A DNA stretch of 64,000 nt from Ignavibacteriota bacterium (GTDB lineage Bacteria; Bacteroidota; Ignavibacteria; UBA10030; UBA6906): contig CAWDEM010000008.1 of assembly GCA_963801355.1 (NCBI GenBank), positions 736,001 to 800,000 on the forward strand. The letters run 5' to 3'. The position numbers were made by a program, and so were the translations under genes. Within the stretch, counting starts at the first letter, position 1. Each line of letters starts with the position of its first letter. The notes under the pieces were generated by a model. That model made no database searches and was not told where the DNA came from. It saw nothing but the letters and a program-made list of their open reading frames with translations. Positions 61,295 through 64,000 of this stretch are shown here, one piece after another.

Positions 61295-61585
61295 AGCGAC
61301 CTCCTCCAATGATCATTGATCGGATATTCGTGGCAGACGCAAGTGCTACTTCAGCCGTTCTATCAGCCTCTTGAACCTTCCTTTGCCGCAGAAGACCCGG
61401 TAGAGGTCCCAGAGCGGCAACTCCCAGTACCAACGAAAAAGCCTCTCTCATCCTTCCAGACAAAAGAGGTTCTCGTTCACATGCCTCCAACACACCTTCC
61501 CCCCAGGATGTGTTTCGATGGGACAATGCTAAGGAACGGCAGGACCAATGTCAACACGTCATTACCGGATGCCCCGCCAATCATC

Positions 61586-61760
61586 TCATTCTCCTGCGAG
61601 AGCACGTTTGACCGAGCCCAGCAATTTCTCAATGAAGCATGGCTTCGCGAAAACCTCATATGCTCCATGCAGCTTCGCTTTCACAGCCTCATCTCCTTCC
61701 ATTCCCGAGACAATGATCACTGGGATTTCCCTTCCTGGACCTGCAGACAGTTCTTCCGTC
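61586..61760 (-). pseudogene. Truncated response regulator receiver domain (C-terminal half only)
   Basis: IPVIIVSG...GAYEVFAKPC..EKLL..VKRAL; the N-terminal DD and phospho-Asp segments are absent; 5' boundary approximate. Confidence 0.6.
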
Positions 61761-61877
61761 TTGTTGCCTCGTTGAAAAATCGAGTCCAAAGTCCGTTTGA
61801 CATTCGACAGGGGCATTCGTAGATTCCTGCAATTCTTCTCTTCTGCTTCTTCCCGGGACCATCCTCAAGGAGATACT

Positions 61878-63434
61878 ATGCCCAGAGATCTGATCGTCTG
61901 CACGGCGGCTGCGTCTGCGTTGCTGCTGTTTGGCTGCTCGCGGGAGGTGGAGTCCCCAACCACACCTTCTTCTGCTCCTGCATCGTCCCTTTCTCTCTCG
62001 AAGCCGGGTGAGGGAAAAAGCTCGCTTGATCTGATCGAAGATGACTACGACAACGGTCTGCTCGACAAGAACAATGCATGCATCTATCGTGAGTATGCCG
62101 TCTCCGCGCCCGGAAACCTCCCAGCAAAGTACCGCTCCCGAGGAATAGGCAAGGATGCAACCTATTCCATGCTGCAAATCGCCCGGGACTGGAGCCAGCT
62201 TTCGGCCTCGACCAAAGAAGAGATTCTGGATGTGCGGGCGAACGGATTGGGGAATCTCAAGGAAACAGTCTCTACCGATCATTTCGTGTTACACTACACG
62301 GCCGAGGATAATTCTGCCGTTCCGACGCAGGACAACAGCGGGAACGGCATCCCGGATTTCATCGACATTGCCGCACAAAGCCTCGAGACAGTCTGGTCCA
62401 GGGAGGTTGACCAACTTGGATATCCGTCTCCCAAAGGAACGCCACAGCAGAAATTCCATGTGTACTTCAAAGACATGCCGTACTATGGATATACGGTCCC
62501 TGAAAATGTCACCCTGCAGGCCCTTTCTCCCGTTCCGCTCGGAACAGCTTCGGCCTGGATAGCGGTGGAGAACGACTTCTACGGATTCCCGCGAAACGAT
62601 GAAGACGTGACAGGCATGGAGATCATCCGCAGCGGGGCCCTCAAAGTGACCCAGGCACATGAGTTCATGCACGCAGTGCAATTTAACATCAACGTCTACC
62701 AGTCGGGGTGGCTGATGGAATCTCATGCGACGTGGGCCGAAGATGCCGTGTACGATGAGGTCAACGACTGGCACTGGTACATCAGAGGTTTTTTGGCGAC
62801 ACCGGATTATCCGATTTTTAACCGGTACGCGTACGGGTCGGCCTTCTTTATGAATTACCTGAGTGAAACCTACGGCATCAACCTGCCGCGGCGGATCTGG
62901 GAAACCGCAAAGTACTCGACCACGGCCGATGCGGTGCAAATAGAATCTTTCGGCGGCAAGTGGGAGGGGATAAAGGAATTTGCCCCGGCGGAATACATGC
63001 TGAATCTATCGGACTTCACCAAGGACGGCCCATCGGTAATCCCTATGCCATCCAATCTGATCCGGAAGATCCACGACACGTATCCGGTGTCCGTGCAGGT
63101 TCTGCCAAGCACCAAAAAAGAGTCCAACCGGGCGCCGTGGGGATTGGGAGCGAATTTCATCGAGTTCCTGCCGACCGGCGGCTCATCGATCACGATTTCT
63201 TTTGATGGCGCAGATGGATATGTGTGGCGCGCATTCTTTGTCGGAACCCCGACGAACGGCAATGCTTCTCCATCAAGCCGGGAAATCAGCCTCGATACCT
63301 TCTCGGCGGGTTCGACAACTGCCTCGGGATTCGGAACCAGGTGGGCAAAGGTCGCACTCGTCTGTACGATTGCCGGTCGTCCGGGCGTGGAAGTGCCTTT
63401 CTCGTACGGCGCAACAATTAGCACTGGGCAATAG
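61878..63434 (+). CDS. Lipoprotein zinc metallopeptidase (MXAN_6640-like)
   Basis: Lipobox LFGC; DNSGNGIPDF Ca-loop; AHEFMHAVQ and WLMES motifs. Confidence 0.8.
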   Translation: MPRDLIVCTAAASALLLFGCSREVESPTTPSSAPASSLSLSKPGEGKSSLDLIEDDYDNGLLDKNNACIYREYAVSAPGNLPAKYRSRGIGKDATYSMLQIARDWSQLSASTKEEILDVRANGLGNLKETVSTDHFVLHYTAEDNSAVPTQDNSGNGIPDFIDIAAQSLETVWSREVDQLGYPSPKGTPQQKFHVYFKDMPYYGYTVPENVTLQALSPVPLGTASAWIAVENDFYGFPRNDEDVTGMEIIRSGALKVTQAHEFMHAVQFNINVYQSGWLMESHATWAEDAVYDEVNDWHWYIRGFLATPDYPIFNRYAYGSAFFMNYLSETYGINLPRRIWETAKYSTTADAVQIESFGGKWEGIKEFAPAEYMLNLSDFTKDGPSVIPMPSNLIRKIHDTYPVSVQVLPSTKKESNRAPWGLGANFIEFLPTGGSSITISFDGADGYVWRAFFVGTPTNGNASPSSREISLDTFSAGSTTASGFGTRWAKVALVCTIAGRPGVEVPFSYGATISTGQ

Positions 63435-63791
63435 ATGGAGCTTTCTTGACTAGCTCCACCCCTCGGCAATAGTCACGAACGTGGAGGAGGGCGGAACTGC
63501 AACCACAAGTCTGAACGATGCCTGACGCAGCGTCAAGAGAGAATGAGAGGAGTCTGAGGTTTGAAGGCTATTTCGGACAACACATTGTGACATGCCCGGG
63601 CTTGTGTTTGCATCAGGAGGTTCGAACTCCCTGGACACGTCAGCCGATGGGGATCTCGGCCCGACAGGCGCCACAGGATATAGGCCCTAGACGCGCGGTA
63701 AAGTTCCCACGCATGGATTTGTAGTAGAGATACCATATCTGGTTGGGATGTTTAGTGAGGAACATGAGGGCTGCCATTTCTAAGGCTGTAA

Positions 63792-63812
63792 GTCCCCACT
63801 TTTGTCCCCACT
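63792..63812. repeat. Direct repeat GTCCCCACT x2, possible integrase arm-type site
   Basis: Copies at 63792-63800 and 63804-63812, about 35 bp from the tRNA fragment. Confidence 0.5.
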
Positions 63813-63844
63813 CTACGGGACGGAAGCGGAAAAGGTAGGAAAAT

Positions 63845-63893
63845 CAGTGCCCTCGGGCAGATTCGAACTGCCGACCTGCGGTTTAGGAAGACG
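63845..63893 (-). repeat. 3'-half of tRNA-Arg(CCT), att-like site, copy 2; not a complete tRNA
   Basis: Minus strand TTCCTAA-ACCGC-AGGTC-GGCAG-TTCGAAT-CTGCC-CGAGGGC-A gives anticodon loop, T-arm and acceptor 3' strand; no D-arm or matching 5' strand upstream. Confidence 0.85.
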
Positions 63894-63961
63894 TGATCGT
63901 CTGCAAAACCTGCAGAAAGCGAATCGTATCGAGTGGTTTCTCTGCCACTCTTGGGGCCAGC

Positions 63962-63980
63962 GTTAGCAGGCTGTTAGCAG
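63962..63980. repeat. Direct repeat GTTAGCAG x2, possible arm-type site of the neighbouring element
   Basis: Copies at 63962-63969 and 63973-63980. Confidence 0.45.
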
Positions 63981-64000
63981 AGGAATTGTTTTACAATATA

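Larger units (their letters stand above)
57436..63844. mobile_element. Putative integrase-less genomic island (about 6.4 kb) between tRNA-Arg 3' fragments
   Basis: Bounded by direct tRNA-fragment repeats; first gene is AT-rich; carries a truncated gene; no recombinase ORF visible. Confidence 0.55.

Noticed and set aside
63845-63925. Complete tRNA-Arg gene
   Set aside because: The 5' acceptor strand, D-arm and 5' anticodon stem are missing; only the 3' half is present.

Overview
A GC-rich bacterial chromosomal window of about 50 CDS. A T9SS/Por C-terminal sorting domain (LxxNYPNPFNPST), membrane Ser/Thr kinase-TPR paralogs and many lipoproteins point to a Bacteroidota/Ignavibacteria-like (FCB group) host; this is inference. 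In order, it holds: a split, archaeal-style glutamate synthase operon whose GATase subunit runs off the left edge and is missing from the ORF track; a TPR lipoprotein/ECF sigma/anti-sigma operon; a response regulator-thioredoxin reductase fusion with a divergent cNMP histidine kinase; a GH31/GH2/GH2 glycosidase cluster; Fic; SdpR/SdpI-hydrolase; S9 peptidases (ptrB is frameshifted); transporters; and, at the right end, two tRNA-Arg(CCT) 3'-half fragments bracketing a 6.4-kb integrase-less island. The best candidate for an undescribed system is at 33.2-38.0 kb. A 97-aa peptide with a leader-like N-terminus and a single Trp five residues from its C-terminus is followed directly by a ComQ-like (DDxxD) isoprenoid-synthase-fold enzyme. 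It is preceded by a membrane Ser/Thr kinase-TPR protein, an 18-bp tandem-repeat block and a divergent HExxH membrane protease. This could be a prenylated-peptide (RiPP/pheromone) signalling system read by a Hanks kinase rather than a histidine kinase. All family assignments come from motif recognition by eye; no database searches were run.
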